From: Chara braunii | Lineage: Eukaryota; Plantae; Charophyceae | DNA: 64,000 nt | Direction: 5' to 3' | NCBI GenBank assembly: GCA_003427395.1 | Contig: BFEA01000001.1 | Coordinates: forward strand, 2,780,017 to 2,844,016 | Shown: positions 63,423 to 64,000 of the stretch, one piece after another | How the letters are laid out: each line of letters begins with the position of its first letter | How positions within the stretch are numbered: position 1 is the first letter of the stretch | Notes under the pieces: model-generated | Seen by the model: only the letters and a program-made list of their open reading frames with translations | Database searches by the model: none | What the model was told of the DNA's origin: nothing | Translations under genes and position numbers: made by a program

Positions 63423-64000
63423 TGATTGCAAGGCTGACGCGTGTCATGTTCTTTATGTGAAGCCTTAAAAGGAGTCTAAGAAGGTTAATTTTTACTATCA
63501 TATTTAGCATTGTGTTGAGAATAAACAACATCGTCCTCAAGGGACAATATAATTGATCATCTTCGAGCTTTTCCTTGGCTACCCTCGTATCTTAGTTTAT
63601 TGTGGCGCAACTACGAACATCTGCTGATTGCACGCGTGTCATGTTTTTTATGTTAAGCCTTAAAAGGAGTCTAAGAAGGTTAATTTTTACTATCACATTT
63701 AGCATTGTGTTGAGAATAAACAACATCGCCCTCAAGGGATAATGTAATTGATCATCTTCAAGCTTTTCCTTGGCTACCTTCGTATCTTAGTTTATTGTGG
63801 CGCAACTACGAACATCTGCTGATTGCAAGGCTGACTGTTATGTTCTTTATGTTAAGCCTTAGGAGGAGTCTGAGAAGGTTAACTTTTATTATTACCTTGA
63901 GCATTGGGCTGAGATAAAACAACATCGTCCTCAAGGGACAATGCAATTGATTGCCTTCAAGCTTTTCTTTAACCATCGCTACCTACGTATCTTAGTTTAT
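63423..64000. repeat. ~200-bp tandem satellite, at least 3 copies, running off the window
   Basis: Units start TGATTGCA at 63423, 63625 and 63820. Confidence 0.92.

Overview
Repeat-rich eukaryotic genomic DNA, most likely from a green plant or streptophyte alga. The long TE-filled introns, GC-rich first exon and retroelement types suggest Chara, but this is inference. The only host gene is a six-exon plastid pyruvate dehydrogenase E2 (dihydrolipoamide acetyltransferase, LTA2-like) at 25712-47886 (+), 548 aa after splicing, with all five introns GT-AG and in phase. Most of the remaining recognisable sequence is mobile DNA: a decayed Ty3/gypsy element (PBS 2914, gag-PR-RT-RH-IN 4788-10500), a near full-length decayed L1-clade LINE (17539-24420, -), four hAT-type MITEs with 8-bp TSDs plus one probable, a pogo-like MITE, chromovirus and gag remnants, tRNA- and U6-derived retroposed pieces, and many micro/minisatellites. 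The most notable observations are: (1) a ~4-kb nested fold-back repeat in intron 1 carrying type III hammerhead ribozymes in both orientations; (2) an array of ~25 hairpins at ~61-nt period with a near-invariant ATAAGTT loop and co-varying stems (12226-13850); (3) a decayed PHD finger in frame with the gypsy integrase; (4) five tandem U6 snRNA-derived units with an altered ACAGAGA box in intron 4; (5) a 180-aa orphan ORF in the probable gypsy 5' LTR that is restored in frame by removing a MITE. Assembly gaps lie at 3236-3455, 16929-17538, 39126-40060 and 59794-59837.
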